Assembly (NCBI GenBank): GCA_008369845.1
Contig: MRSU01000670.1
Location: 1-45,883, forward strand
Direction: 5' to 3'
DNA: 45,883 bases
From: Trichomonas gallinae
Lineage: Eukaryota
The notes under the pieces: model-generated
Database searches by the model: none
What the model was told of the DNA's origin: nothing
Seen by the model: the letters and a program-made list of their open reading frames with translations, nothing else
Part shown: positions 1-10,500 of the stretch, one piece after another
Layout: each line of letters opens with the position of its first letter
How positions within the stretch are numbered: the stretch's first letter is position 1
Translations under genes and position numbers: made by a program

Positions 1-79
1 TGATATAAAATTGTCCTAACAATCTGACACGGCCACCGGCTTCGATACGGTTTACCGGCTTCAAAATGGGGTCACTGTA
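1..79. mobile_element. Probable terminus (TIR) of a Tc1/mariner/pogo-type DNA transposon, truncated by the window edge
   Basis: GC-rich patch ending ...GGGGTCACTG|TA (77|78-79). Read inward from the flank this is TA|CAGTG..., the typical Tc1-superfamily end. ACCGGCTTC occurs as a direct repeat at 35-43 and 54-62. Only one end is visible. Confidence 0.45.
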
Positions 80-214
80 ATATGTGTATGAATCATTAGT
101 TTACTTTTCAAATTGATGTATAATAGATATATTTGATGCTATTATCTAACTGATTAATATAAAATCAGTTTTATTCAAATAAAAAAAAATACGATAAAAT
201 GTCTATTAACTTGT

Positions 215-982
215 CTAAAAGTTAGGGAGTTCAAAAGGAGACTCATCATCCTGAAATTCATTAGTTGGATCATTGCCAAATTGAGCTGGAGTTGGTGGTA
301 ATGCATCTTGTTCATGATTTGTAAACGGCGCTAATGTATTTTCCTCAGCAGGAGGCATAAAATTAAAATTAAAATCAAAATCAGGATAAACGAATTCGGG
401 TGCATGAGTTTCGATTTGCTCGTGGGGAGCAGGAATTAGAACTTGATTTGCATCAGTTGTTTGAATAGGTGGCTGCTGCTGCTGATTTGTAGTCTTTATA
501 ATATTTATCTCAAAGTCGAGTCTATAAAGATGATCGAAATATGTCTTTAACTCTTTGGGACTGAAATTAGAATATTTTTTTGTTTTTGAATTCTTATTAA
601 TTATAGCTTTATTTTCTTTCCATTCTTGTGAAGTCTTTCCAATTTCAAGAATTCCGGCGAAAAAGTCATCTGTTTTATGCTGAGTGTTCATTGTTGTATA
701 GTGCTCACCACATACTTTTGCAAATTCAAAAATTGGACTCTTTTGAGCTTTTTTATCATCTTTTTCTTTCTTTATATGCTCATCGCATTTAAAATTGTTG
801 CCAAGTACGTCTTTTATATGCATGTAGATTGACTTATCTTCCCCTAATTGTTTATGATAATACTTGATACAGTAAAGATAAAAATCGAATTGCGGATAGA
901 GAAACCACTTTTTGCCGCTTTTAGTTTTACTCCGGTATTCTTCGCAGATAATCTGATCTGCATAGTTAATGACAGTGCTCAT
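215..982 (-). CDS. Hypothetical protein, 255 aa, with a basic N-terminal region and a Q/P/acidic-aromatic C-terminal tail
   Basis: 768-nt ORF from ATG to TAG in AT-rich DNA; no family motif recognised. Confidence 0.7.
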   Translation of the reverse strand: MSTVINYADQIICEEYRSKTKSGKKWFLYPQFDFYLYCIKYYHKQLGEDKSIYMHIKDVLGNNFKCDEHIKKEKDDKKAQKSPIFEFAKVCGEHYTTMNTQHKTDDFFAGILEIGKTSQEWKENKAIINKNSKTKKYSNFSPKELKTYFDHLYRLDFEINIIKTTNQQQQPPIQTTDANQVLIPAPHEQIETHAPEFVYPDFDFNFNFMPPAEENTLAPFTNHEQDALPPTPAQFGNDPTNEFQDDESPFELPNF

Positions 983-1664
983 TTAAAAAATGGACCCTAT
1001 TATTTTATCAAAGCCCCTCAAAATTTTAATAATTTTGCCACCACAAATGAAAAATCAAAAACTTTTCGAAGAAATCATCATCTAAGAGGATCCAATAAAG
1101 TTTAAAAATTACATATCACTAATTATTCTACATATTATCATAATACCTCGATTTATGCATAATGAATATCACGATTTCTATTTAAAATATAGTCATTCTG
1201 AATAAATAAATTAAGCATTATTCAAGAAAAAGATTGGAAAAAGAAAAAAAGTTTCTGTCATTGTAAAGAATTAAGCTGACAAAAAATATATTTATGTGGC
1301 ATTTTTTGTTTCCTTTTTTTAGATATAATAATGCATAGACATGCATATATAAGATCGTTTGTCAGGGTTTTTGATGCTTTTAATTCAAATGATATATTCG
1401 ATATAAAATTATATTACTAAACTATTTCGTATATATTTCGTAACTAACAAATATACATCGTATATATCATGCTAATTGAATCGAAATTATATTTTGGCAA
1501 TTTAAATTATCTTAAGCATTCAATTATTGTAAGTACATCTGATATCTAACACATACAATAATACTATCTTGTAAAATGATTATGTCGATTAACATGATAG
1601 TGTTACAAATGTACTGTCAATTTGCGAAATTAAAAAAAAAATGGTGCTATTATTTTTTGAATTT

Positions 1665-1702
1665 TGACGTGTAAACTGAATTTTGATATTTTGACATGTA
1701 AA
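1665..1702 (+). promoter_or_regulatory. Two copies of the recurrent upstream motif (TGACGTGTAAA, TGACATGTAAA)
   Basis: Copies at 1665-1675 and 1692-1702; the second ends 47 nt before the ATG at 1750. The motif recurs near other start codons. Confidence 0.5.
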
Positions 1703-1749
1703 ATGGTGGTGGCGAAATTTATTCTTTTTTTTGTTCGATTAAAAAAGAA

Positions 1750-4404
1750 ATGAGTGAATGGGAGTTTTCTTGTTCATCATTTTCATATAAAATGCACAAG
1801 GAAGAATGTGGTAATGAAATGAAGCTTACATTTAACTTTGATTTGCCTTTTTTGTTGGGCGATAATCAAAAATTTAAAACATTACCAGAACAAAATACAA
1901 AGAAACAAAAAATAACGTATTTAGATCAAGATGTCATCAAATTCCAAGACTCAATAGTTATCACAAAGTTTCAAATTTTAAATTTCAAAGAAAAAATACA
2001 GCTAAAAGTTAAAACATTAGGTAGAACTAATATATCCATTCCTACTATTACACCATCTATAGCTCTTGCATCCAATCCAACCATCGAAAATTCTCGTCCC
2101 GAAAATATGAATCTAAAACAATCGATTATAGATGCTAAACAGGAATCTGTAGTTGAAACTGTGAAATCTGCATTTACTACGGATGATTCTAACTGGGCTC
2201 TAGATCTTCAGCCTAAACCACAACCGGCTCCAAAACCATCTATAATAATGAGACCAAAGACATATAAGCTGTTTAAGAAAGATGTTTTTGAAGTTGCGAA
2301 AGAGAAAAATCAGAAAAAATCTTTATTGTCGTATTCTGGTTCATTAATCAAACAATTGATACCTGAATCATCTGATGATGACTCAGCCAATAATCATACA
2401 AAGGGTAATACTTTTCCAAAGTCAAACGTCGAAATTCATCCCACAAAAACGCGTAATAACTCTCCAAGCGCGATATATTTGCCTAATAAAATCGATTCCA
2501 AACAAAAACTGCCAAATATATCAGAATATAATCCAATTTTTGATAAAACAGAAGTTAAACTACCTACTGCACCTTCTACTTCACCACAGAAATTGCAACT
2601 ATCCAATTCAAATCGTATAGAAGTTTTAGCTTTAGAATCTCAAATTAAAAAATTATCAATTTCAGAACAATACTACAAAGAATGGTTACAAACAAATTCT
2701 GCACATCATAAATTATCAATGTCACAGCCTCTTTCACAAGAATCATCACAACAGAATAATTATTCTCGTAAAAATGAAATATCTCCAGTATTTGCTATCG
2801 AATCCATACAATCAAATGTTGCACCTCATAAATTATCAATATCACAGCCTCTATCACAAGAATCATCACAACAAAATAATTATTCTCGTAAATATGAAAT
2901 ATCTCCGGTATTTTCTATCAAATCCATAGAACCAAACGCTGCACCTCATAAATTATCAATGTTACAGCCTCTTTCACAAGAATTGCCATCACAAAATAAT
3001 TGTTCTCGTAAAAATGAAATATCTCCGGTATTTTATCTCGAATCCATACAATTAGATGTGGAAGACTCAGAAACTCAAACAAATGTAGAGTCCAAAATCA
3101 AAAAAGTGGAGCAAGAATCTGTTCCAATTCCAAAACATAAGTTGAGCAAAAAACAAAAGTATGATTTAGTTAAACTTACTCCGATTACTACAATTACTTC
3201 AGATGAAATGAGAGAAAATGTTAAAATTGTTCCATATAAGTTTGCTGTTAATCTCTACGAGCTCGAATTTTCTGGTACTTTTGGAGCTATAATAGAACGC
3301 GATGCTGGTACTTTTAATGATGACGAAGTTCAGTCAATATTTCTTATAATTGATTCAGAAGAACAACCTATTGAATCGCTTCAGTATTTCGAGCCGGAAT
3401 CAGATCCGATTGATGATACAGGCTTCACGACACCTTCCAAGAAGGCAGAGGAGAAGATAGATACATTAGACGCCAGTTCGCAAACGGACTCTATAAATTC
3501 ATATCAAGATGACCAAGTTCATCATGCAACTGTTCCACAGATTCCTGCCACTCCACCACGAGCAGAACAATATCCGATGATGCCGCCTTCACCTTACTAC
3601 AGTCCTTCTCCTTACCCGCCATACTATCCTCCTTACTCTCCTTTTTTCCCGATTCAACCGCCATTTCAGCCTAGATCTAACGAGGAAACACAAGAAAATC
3701 ATCAGATACAGAAAGATCTACAGCAAATTCTTCATTTATTGCAAAACATTCAGACTAACCAGCAAAATCTTCAAAATATTCAAACAAATCAGCCAAACCT
3801 TCAACAGATTCCGCAAAATCTTCAAAATGTTCAAAATAATCAGCTAAATCTTCAACAGATTCTACAAAATCTTCAAAACATTCAACAGAATCTGCTAAAC
3901 CTTCAAAATATTCAGAATAGTCAACCAAATCTTCAAAACATTCAACAGATTCCGCAAAATCTTCAAAATATTCAAACAAATCAACCGAATCTTCAACAGA
4001 TTCTGCAAAATCTTCAAAACATTCAACAGAATCTGCTAAACCTTCAAGACATTCAGAATAGTCAACCAAATCTTCAAAACACTCAACAGAATCTGCAAAG
4101 CTCGCAAAATATCCCACAGACGCCTCAAAATAATTATCGAATACCACAGACTCCACAAAGTCTTCCAAACATTTCTTTAAATCCTCATCAAAGTCTTCAA
4201 AATACGCCATCAACACCATTAAGCATCCAACAATATTATCAACGACTAGGTATCACTCAAAACCCTTTGTTTACGTACTCGATTCCTCAGATCAATCAGC
4301 ATCAAGGATATAATATGATGAATCAGCAAATGAATTATCCTAACCAAAATAATAATAACGGAGGAATACTTGGAACATTGTTCGGCTTTTTCATGAAAAA
4401 ATAA
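1750..4404 (+). CDS. Hypothetical low-complexity protein, 884 aa: 40-aa repeats, Pro/Tyr-rich segment, Q/N-rich repeats, hydrophobic-basic C-terminus
   Basis: 2.65-kb ORF with A-rich context before the ATG; the repeats keep the frame. Confidence 0.85.
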   Translation: MSEWEFSCSSFSYKMHKEECGNEMKLTFNFDLPFLLGDNQKFKTLPEQNTKKQKITYLDQDVIKFQDSIVITKFQILNFKEKIQLKVKTLGRTNISIPTITPSIALASNPTIENSRPENMNLKQSIIDAKQESVVETVKSAFTTDDSNWALDLQPKPQPAPKPSIIMRPKTYKLFKKDVFEVAKEKNQKKSLLSYSGSLIKQLIPESSDDDSANNHTKGNTFPKSNVEIHPTKTRNNSPSAIYLPNKIDSKQKLPNISEYNPIFDKTEVKLPTAPSTSPQKLQLSNSNRIEVLALESQIKKLSISEQYYKEWLQTNSAHHKLSMSQPLSQESSQQNNYSRKNEISPVFAIESIQSNVAPHKLSISQPLSQESSQQNNYSRKYEISPVFSIKSIEPNAAPHKLSMLQPLSQELPSQNNCSRKNEISPVFYLESIQLDVEDSETQTNVESKIKKVEQESVPIPKHKLSKKQKYDLVKLTPITTITSDEMRENVKIVPYKFAVNLYELEFSGTFGAIIERDAGTFNDDEVQSIFLIIDSEEQPIESLQYFEPESDPIDDTGFTTPSKKAEEKIDTLDASSQTDSINSYQDDQVHHATVPQIPATPPRAEQYPMMPPSPYYSPSPYPPYYPPYSPFFPIQPPFQPRSNEETQENHQIQKDLQQILHLLQNIQTNQQNLQNIQTNQPNLQQIPQNLQNVQNNQLNLQQILQNLQNIQQNLLNLQNIQNSQPNLQNIQQIPQNLQNIQTNQPNLQQILQNLQNIQQNLLNLQDIQNSQPNLQNTQQNLQSSQNIPQTPQNNYRIPQTPQSLPNISLNPHQSLQNTPSTPLSIQQYYQRLGITQNPLFTYSIPQINQHQGYNMMNQQMNYPNQNNNNGGILGTLFGFFMKK
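2686..3052 (+). repeat. 120-bp tandem repeat x3 (40 aa: A(P/H)HKLS.SQPLSQE.SQQNN.SRK.EISPVF.IESIQ)
   Basis: GCAC(A/C)TCATAAATTATCAAT starts at 2701, 2821 and 2941. Confidence 0.95.
3757..4110 (+). repeat. Coding minisatellite of NLQNIQ(Q)-type units with a 141-bp higher-order duplication
   Basis: AA(T/C)CTTCAA recurs; the block starting at 3841 reappears at 3982. Confidence 0.9.
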
Positions 4405-4967
4405 TTATAATTTTTGTTTGTTTTTAAAAATTACTTTACGTGTCAATATATAAGGGAAATATTTCAATATAGAATGATATATTTATTGGATTTGATCAGA
4501 TTTCCAGCCGAATTATTTTGAAATTTCAATCATACTTTAATTGATGTGAAAAGCACAATGCCAACATATATAAATACTTCTTCCAAATAGAAAAATAATA
4601 TTACTAGCATCCTTTTGACAAAATAGCATCCTTTTGTACAATTTATTGGAAATGAAACAAATTATTTTAACATCTGATATAAATATAACAAGCATAGTCT
4701 AATATCAATACATGATTGCATTCATTTTCAACTCCAGATCAAAAATTGATAATTAATAGATTTCCTTTATATATAGTTTTATATCAAAGTCACATTTTAA
4801 GCATATCATATGTTAGCATATTAAATTTGGTGTTCAGGCGAATTTTGTTAAAACTCTAATATTTTTGCAATTTTCAACGTTTTAATGCATTTAACTTTAT
4901 GGATTTTGGGATTTAAGATTAGATATATTTATAATTCTAGCAAATAATGGATTATTTAAAATTATTT

Positions 4968-5876
4968 CTATGCTGAGTGTTGATTCTTGAATTTTGCTTT
5001 AAGCTCTGGTTCAACGACAATATCAGCTACTTTTCTCTTATATCCAGGGTCAAGAGGCTTAGTTAGATAAAGAATTTCTTCTTCAACATTCCTATCTACT
5101 CTTTTTAGAAACTCTTCGGATTCATGCAAGAGAAAATCAGCTCCTTTATCCAAATCGCGTACAAGGAAGTGCAGCTCTTCAGGGATAAGTGATTCTAAGC
5201 TGTGTTTTACTTTTTCTTCTTGGATTAATCGCGCTGATGTTCTTCCGTCCCAAGGAAGACCGTCTGACCAGAAATCAGCCAATGTGTAAACTAAGGACAC
5301 CAAATCTTCCTTCTTTGACCAGTTTTTGTTGCCATAGCAGTCGATAGAGTGATATCTAGGGTTCTGATCCAAATTATATCTGAATTTCGTTACTTCTTGT
5401 GGTTCATTTTGCGATTCACACAATCCAAAGTCAATAAGAATAACTTTATAATCGTGATTTTCGAGTTTTATAAGAAAATTCGATGGTTTTATATCATGAT
5501 GTAATAAATTTTTAGCGTGAATATATGATATTGACGTGAGACATTCTTTTGCTATGTATAAAAGCATAGGAATTGATGGCTTATTTCTTCTCAAATGTCT
5601 TATATCGACTAATGTATTGAATAATAATTCCATTGTCATTCCTCTGTCCGTTTTTGTTTCAAAATAATCGAATACTTTAACTATATGACTTGATTCTTGC
5701 AATGATTTAAGGAGATTGTATTCATATAATAAAAGTTGATGATTTGAATCTGTTTTTTCGACTTTTAATGCTATATCCCGACTTGTTTCCCTATCTTTTA
5801 CTTGATAAATGGCACCGAAAGCTCCAAATGCAATTCGATGATCAACATCAAATCTTTCGAAGAACGAACTTATCAT
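4968..5876 (-). CDS. Casein kinase 1 (CK1) family Ser/Thr kinase, divergent, non-RD
   Basis: GAFGAIY, IALKVE, MELL, HHDIKPSNFL, LIDFGL, PRYHS, SKKEDLVSLVY and LPWDG match CK1 motifs. Inr-like TCATA just upstream of the ATG. Confidence 0.9.
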   Translation of the reverse strand: MISSFFERFDVDHRIAFGAFGAIYQVKDRETSRDIALKVEKTDSNHQLLLYEYNLLKSLQESSHIVKVFDYFETKTDRGMTMELLFNTLVDIRHLRRNKPSIPMLLYIAKECLTSISYIHAKNLLHHDIKPSNFLIKLENHDYKVILIDFGLCESQNEPQEVTKFRYNLDQNPRYHSIDCYGNKNWSKKEDLVSLVYTLADFWSDGLPWDGRTSARLIQEEKVKHSLESLIPEELHFLVRDLDKGADFLLHESEEFLKRVDRNVEEEILYLTKPLDPGYKRKVADIVVEPELKAKFKNQHSA

Positions 5877-6129
5877 TTTTTATGAAAATATCTTCATCAT
5901 TATCCATAAATTTCATAAAAAGAGCAATTCTCAAGTCCAAATCCTTGAAATCAATTAAAAATAAAAAATTCAAGATTTATAAATCTAAAAATTTTATTAT
6001 TTGACTGCAAACAGTCATAGATTTGGAGATTTGCTGTAGTGTAACTTACTTATTTGAAAAAAAAAAGAAGAGAAATAATTTTTATATGTGTTAAAAAGCT
6101 TTTAAATTCAAATAATATTATGGTGTAAT

Positions 6130-6819
6130 TTATCCGATGCGGACCTGCTGGATGTATTTGCTGTAGAAATAGACACAAAGGAAAAGTAAGACTTGGAAAC
6201 CAACGAAATACGAGATTGCCTGTGTTGTTGTTGTCTTCTTGTACTGCTCAACACTCTTCTCGACCTTCTTTTGGACCTTTTGGGCAACATTATGGTTGCT
6301 ATCAATAGACGATGCAACAATATCGCGAAGCGACTTGATAATATCTTTTCTGACGTTCTTCATGGATGTCTGAAGTTCTGTGCGTGTATCATTAACGAGC
6401 TTGTCGATATCTGCCTTGAGTTGGTCAACTTCTGTTTGAAGGTCCTTGAATTGCTTTTTCATTTCGCGATCGCGGACGTCGACGCTGTTCAGAACAGTGT
6501 GGAGGTGGCCACCAATTTCATATTCAATCTCATAACGTGTTGCTGCGCTATCGATTAAACTTGCAAGTTCTGTTAAAGCCCAGATAATTGCCTGATACTT
6601 CTGGCCCTGTGTTTCTAATTTATCGAAGTCTTTTAGGTAGCGATCTGCGAGTGTTGATACTTGTTCTGCGTCATTATTTTCTTGATTATCTTTCTGATAG
6701 TCCTCCAAGAAGCCAGACTCGTCAGCGAAACTCTCTATGTCCTCTTCGGGTGTTTCCTGACGGCCATGGCGCCTTCCAACTGAAGCAGTCAGAGAAAAGA
6801 ATAAGATAAGACCAATCAT
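6130..6819 (-). CDS. Type I membrane protein, 229 aa: signal peptide, coiled coil, C-terminal TM helix (resembles the ERGIC-53/L-lectin stalk and TM)
   Basis: Hydrophobic N-terminus MIGLILFFSLTA; heptad-rich middle; TM SYFVGFQVLLFLCVYFY; stop within TAAA. The gene call is firm, the family is tentative. Confidence 0.8.
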   Translation of the reverse strand: MIGLILFFSLTASVGRRHGRQETPEEDIESFADESGFLEDYQKDNQENNDAEQVSTLADRYLKDFDKLETQGQKYQAIIWALTELASLIDSAATRYEIEYEIGGHLHTVLNSVDVRDREMKKQFKDLQTEVDQLKADIDKLVNDTRTELQTSMKNVRKDIIKSLRDIVASSIDSNHNVAQKVQKKVEKSVEQYKKTTTTQAISYFVGFQVLLFLCVYFYSKYIQQVRIG

Positions 6820-6835
6820 TTTTTTTTGACATAAA

Positions 6836-6843
6836 TAACCGTT
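6836..6843 (-). promoter_or_regulatory. M3-like core promoter element (AACGGTTA)
   Basis: Matches the Trichomonas M3 consensus DRCSGYTD, 16 nt upstream of the ATG at 6819; flanked by inverted TTGACA/TGTCAA. Confidence 0.55.
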
Positions 6844-7544
6844 TTGTCAATCTGACAACTTTCATTTCGCAGCCTTTTATCATCATTTTCGGCTTTTTAA
6901 TACCATATATATTATAATTTTCGAACAAATAAAGCAAAATCTCTTATATTTTTTTGATTTTTAGATATTTTAGCCTAAATTCCTTTCAATGTCATTCTAT
7001 CATTAACTATGTATATATATTAGTTATTTCAGCATTGGTTTGTTTGGAGGACAATTCTTTGATGGATGAAGCAGATAGTTATGCTTAAATTATCGCTTTT
7101 CAATCGATTATACTTTATAAATGTATTATAAAGATGTAATAATACGTATTTTTTCTAATCTTACATAATGGAATTGATTTAATGAAAAAAATAGATTTTT
7201 ATCTCAAAATAAGAAGAATAAAACTTAATAAGTGTCTGGAGAACTGATACTATTCCTGTTATAGAGTAAATCTCAATGGCTGCGAAATTCTCCTTTGTAT
7301 TGTAAAGAAATAAAAACGTTGAGACAATGGATTAACATATTATTATATTTCATATGTTAATATTTTCATATATGTACTTGTCTAAATTGATCTCATTAGA
7401 CAGATTATATATAAATAATATAAATTATAATATTCAAAATATATTTATGTTAAGTAATGATTGGTATTTTATATATATATAAATTTCATGTTACTAATAT
7501 ATGTATATTTAATTCAAACAAAAGAAAGAACAAAAAAATACAAA

Positions 7545-10500
7545 TTAACAAATTTTGATAGTCGACATGTTGCCCCCTGGGAATATAATTTCTATAAAAT
7601 TCTTATATGGATGGACAGCAAACGATTCCAATTGATCTGGTCTGATTGTTGGATAAACAGACTGCAACAAATTATTAATTCTTGTCTGTGAATCAAAAGC
7701 ATCAAGAAAATGAGTCTTGATAAACGTAAGTGGAGCCCACTGCACAGTTTCTACTATCGAAGCATTCTCAAATCCCCAGTTTTTCGGATTCGATGGATTT
7801 CTAACATCGAACGATAAAACTTTTCCATTCTGTAACACTGATATATATTCATCAGTATTCTGCAGTGACTGGTGGATGTTCACGACCTTAGAAAACGTGT
7901 TAATAAGCACTTGTGGCTGCATCGGTGCCCTAACATCGACAATTCTGAAATCATCAGATCCGACTGCTATTGTATCATTTGACACGCAGAAATCATTGAT
8001 ACACGTTTTGGACACCATAAGATCTGGCCCGAAACTGGATTCATGGAGATCCCATCTTTTGATGGCACCTGTAGATGATGTCCCAAAAAGAGCCATATCA
8101 GAATATTTAATGACAAATTTTTCTTCGATTTTTGATTTGAAAGAAAAAGATTCCGTAACGCGAGGAATTTTTGTTGCTATGCTGTTGACAATAGATACAT
8201 CACCTGTATTTGTTGACAAACACACAGAATTCGCTGACATCGGAGAAATGTTTGAGATATTCTTAGATAAAATCGCGCTCGAAAAGAATATTTGCCAAGG
8301 ATGAGTGAATAAAACATTGTGCTGCACGAAATCTCTCACGACAACACTACCATCTGCTGCTCCTATTATAGCCATGTCATCAATGAAAACGGGTGGAGTA
8401 GAAAAAGCAACACTATGCTTGTAATGATCGATTTCAATTAATGATGATATTTTGTTGATTATTGTGGTTTTTGGATTATCTTCGTTGTATGAAATATTTG
8501 GTGGAATGCATATTGGTGGCCACGTGTATTCGTTGATGTGCTCAAATTGGCACTGCATGAATGCGAAAATGGAGCCGCTGAGGAGAGGTGACGTGAAACC
8601 ACTCGGTGTCGCCATTTTGTTTTCGAGGGTTGATTTAAGGGCGGCTGCAACGTCACATATTTCTTGATGAGTGTCATTCGAGAGTATTTCAATATATTTG
8701 TGGGCTGCTGCAAGAGGATCTTTAAACTTTCCTGTGTAGGCAGCATCATTTTCTATCAGTCTCTGCAAGCATATTAAAAGCTGAGTTCGGACTAATATAC
8801 TTGGATCGTATGAATAATCGTTGCCTAGTTTGTTGACTCTTGAGGCTATTTCTGATGGTTCCTCGTTATCATGATCGAATAGAGACATGTACACTGCTAT
8901 CGCTGCAGCTCTGAGTTCTGGGAATTTTGACTTTTCAATCATAGCGATTTTCTGATCTACCGAAAACTGCTGTCGAATTTGACAAGGATCAGGAACGATT
9001 TCCAGAAACTGCGACAAGTAAAGAGCAGCCCAAAAAGCAACAACTGGCTTCTCAGATCCAAGTGCATCAACAACTGTCACGAACAAATCTGGTTCCAAAT
9101 CGTTCTGACTGTCGCCAAATTCCATGTTCATGCCGACGGCCATTAAAACTAAGGCAATCAGCAGATATCTATCGTCATGTGTTCTCTTGTAGGCGATGAA
9201 GAGAGGAAGCCTCAACGGCAAAGAAGACCTGGTGAATGACCGAATAACTGAGTCCATCCTTAGAGCGTAGCATTGCATTTTAGCCACGCAATATGCGGCC
9301 GACAAAAGTGCTTCATCGTCGAGTGGCATCGTGACGATAATATTCATCATTCCTGAGCAAATAACGTTTCTTATAGTATCATCCCTTATGTCTATGAAGC
9401 GTGTCACTGCCTTTATTCCAGCTTTCGCTAGGCTGGGCTCTGTTAATATCAGCGGCAGCATCGAAATTTCGTTCGGAACACTTCCGAAAACTTTTAAGTC
9501 TAAAATGTGCTCTATTGCTATTAACGCGTCTGCGAGGAATGTGACGAAGTCTGCTGCTATTGTAGCTTGAGGGACGCTGATGTTGCTGTCCATTTGGGTT
9601 AATCTGAGAAGAACTCGATCTAAATATAAGTCAAAATACTCCCATAAGTTGTGCTGCGAGAAGTCTGGTATTTCTGGATAGCACATTGGCTTAAAACCTA
9701 TTTCTGCACCGATTCTTCGGGCTAAACAGAAATTTACAAAAAGTTTCCCGACTTTCGCATCTCTATAGAAGCAATTGTATAGCATGTCTGGTGGTATCAT
9801 GGAATACGCCATAGCATGAACTAATGTCGTAAGTAATCTTTCGATTTCGTAAGCAAATGCGTGTAAATGCGGTCTTACGCCATTTTCATCGCTGAAATAG
9901 CTGAGTGGGAACTCATGAAGTCCTCCTGAAGTAAAAGCATAGAACTGTCTCGATCCCCAGAGCATTGCAACAAAAGCTGGCGTCAAAAGACAGGAAGTAA
10001 ATAGATCTGATGGTAAACCAATTCTGTGTGGTAGATTTTCTTTTGGTCCGCATGAAAAGAATCCGAATCTATCAAGTGTTAAAGTTGGATCTGAAAAATC
10101 ATCAAAGAGAAGACCCGAGAAATCAGCGTCGAAAATAAAACATGACGGTAGTGGCATTGATTTAATGAGTTGTTTCGCTGTTATTTGATCACCTCCAAGT
10201 GATTCATCAGGCGAAAGCATAATTCCTGATGCTGATATCGGCTCTGGAGCGCCATGGCCATTGTATATGAAAAGGCATCGTTTTTTATGTGATATTTGTG
10301 ATAATTCACGAATTTGTGCTAATATTCTTGTTGGCGAAGGATCTGATAGTCTTACTACACTTTCTTGTGCGAATTGAACAAGATTGTGGCATATTTGGTA
10401 TGAAACAATATCCGAAATTGATGCTGGATCACGATTTTTCATATCAGTCCAGCAGTAGTGTCGAGATGATAGTTCTAATCCAGACCATCGCATATTTCGT

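Noticed and set aside
3755..4219. 154-aa antisense ORF (FEDFAES repeats)
   Set aside because: It is the stop-free reverse reading of the Q/N minisatellite inside the + strand gene.
4605..4636. 13-bp direct repeat TAGCATCCTTTTG x2
   Set aside because: Only two copies 19 bp apart; likely a local slippage duplication or footprint with no other support.
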